DNA of 63,996 nt, filler included, from Octopus bimaculoides (lineage: Eukaryota): the NCBI RefSeq assembly GCF_001194135.2. It is 6 parts of 6 records of this genome, joined end to end, with 100 filler letters (N's around TTAATTAATTAA, not from the genome) between each part and the next. Parts side by side here need not be neighbours in the genome. Positions count along the whole stretch, not along the records: positions 62,188 to 63,996 come from NW_026409543.1; 5 more parts are not named here. One strand, given 5' to 3'. This document shows, in pieces, positions 63,590 through 63,996 of the stretch. A model generated the notes under the pieces. It made no database searches. It was given only the letters and a program-made list of their open reading frames with translations, and was not told the DNA's origin. Every line of letters starts with the position of its first letter. The stretch's first letter is position 1. The translations under genes and the position numbers were made by a program.

Positions 63590-63996
63590 TTTCAGATATC
63601 GTCAGAAAAAGGTAATAAAAATTCATTTAAAATGACAGATCTATCGGACTTTCGAAGAGGTTAAATTGTTGGTGCTCGTATGGCAGGCGCCAGCATAACG
63701 AAAACAGCCGAAATGTTTGGTGTTCAAGAGAAGTACTGACTCAAAATTAATGACAGCGTTTGAGAAAGGAGAAAAAAACCTCCTCTTTGAAATAAAACGC
63801 TGGAAGAAAACCAAAACTTTGAGATAGAGACATTCGGGCTCATACGCGAAATGTTAGAAAGGATCACAAAGGCATAGCTCCCAAAATTACTGCAGATCTC
63901 AATGACCACTTCGAGAACCCAGTTTCCAATGACACTGTTTTTTGGGAGCTGCACAAAGTCATATTTCACGGGAGGGCTGCAATCAGAAAACCACTA
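63590..63996 (+). pseudogene. Tc1-like transposase N-terminus (paired-like HTH), degenerate, runs off the window
   Basis: From ATG 63632: MTDLSDFRRG*IVGARMAGASITKTAEMFGV, then AGRKPKL*DRDIRA and LHKVIFHGRAAIRKPL. Confidence 0.85.

Overview
Gappy, AT-rich, microsatellite-dense animal genomic DNA. The repeat complement (abundant tRNA-headed SINEs, RTE 3' ends with GAT tails, mariner/Tc1 relics) looks to me like a coleoid cephalopod, probably Octopus; this is inference, not a search result. Five artificial 100-bp spacers (44 N + TTAATTAATTAA + 44 N) split the window into six blocks whose true adjacency is unproven. The best-supported gene is the 3' part of a minus-strand TPR-like protein gene, with five phase-compatible exons at 21413-21266, 20349-20240, 17798-17717, 14362-14098 and 10730-10410 that the ORF track only partly shows. 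An isolated clean exon lies at 50042-49851 (-) and weaker exon candidates at 62.6-62.9 kb (+). The rest is decayed transposons (mariner, maT-like, Tc1, hAT and Tc1/mariner MITEs, a possible Merlin, CR1 and RTE LINEs), at least four modular SINE families, foldbacks and simple repeats. The most interesting item is a minimal type I hammerhead ribozyme motif of the Penelope-like kind at 49054-49097, just downstream of a tRNA-derived Pol III head. There are no prokaryotic systems, CRISPR arrays, rRNA or true tRNA genes. Almost all long ORFs in the supplied track are artefacts of N-runs or microsatellites. Repeat boundaries are approximate unless TIRs or TSDs are quoted.
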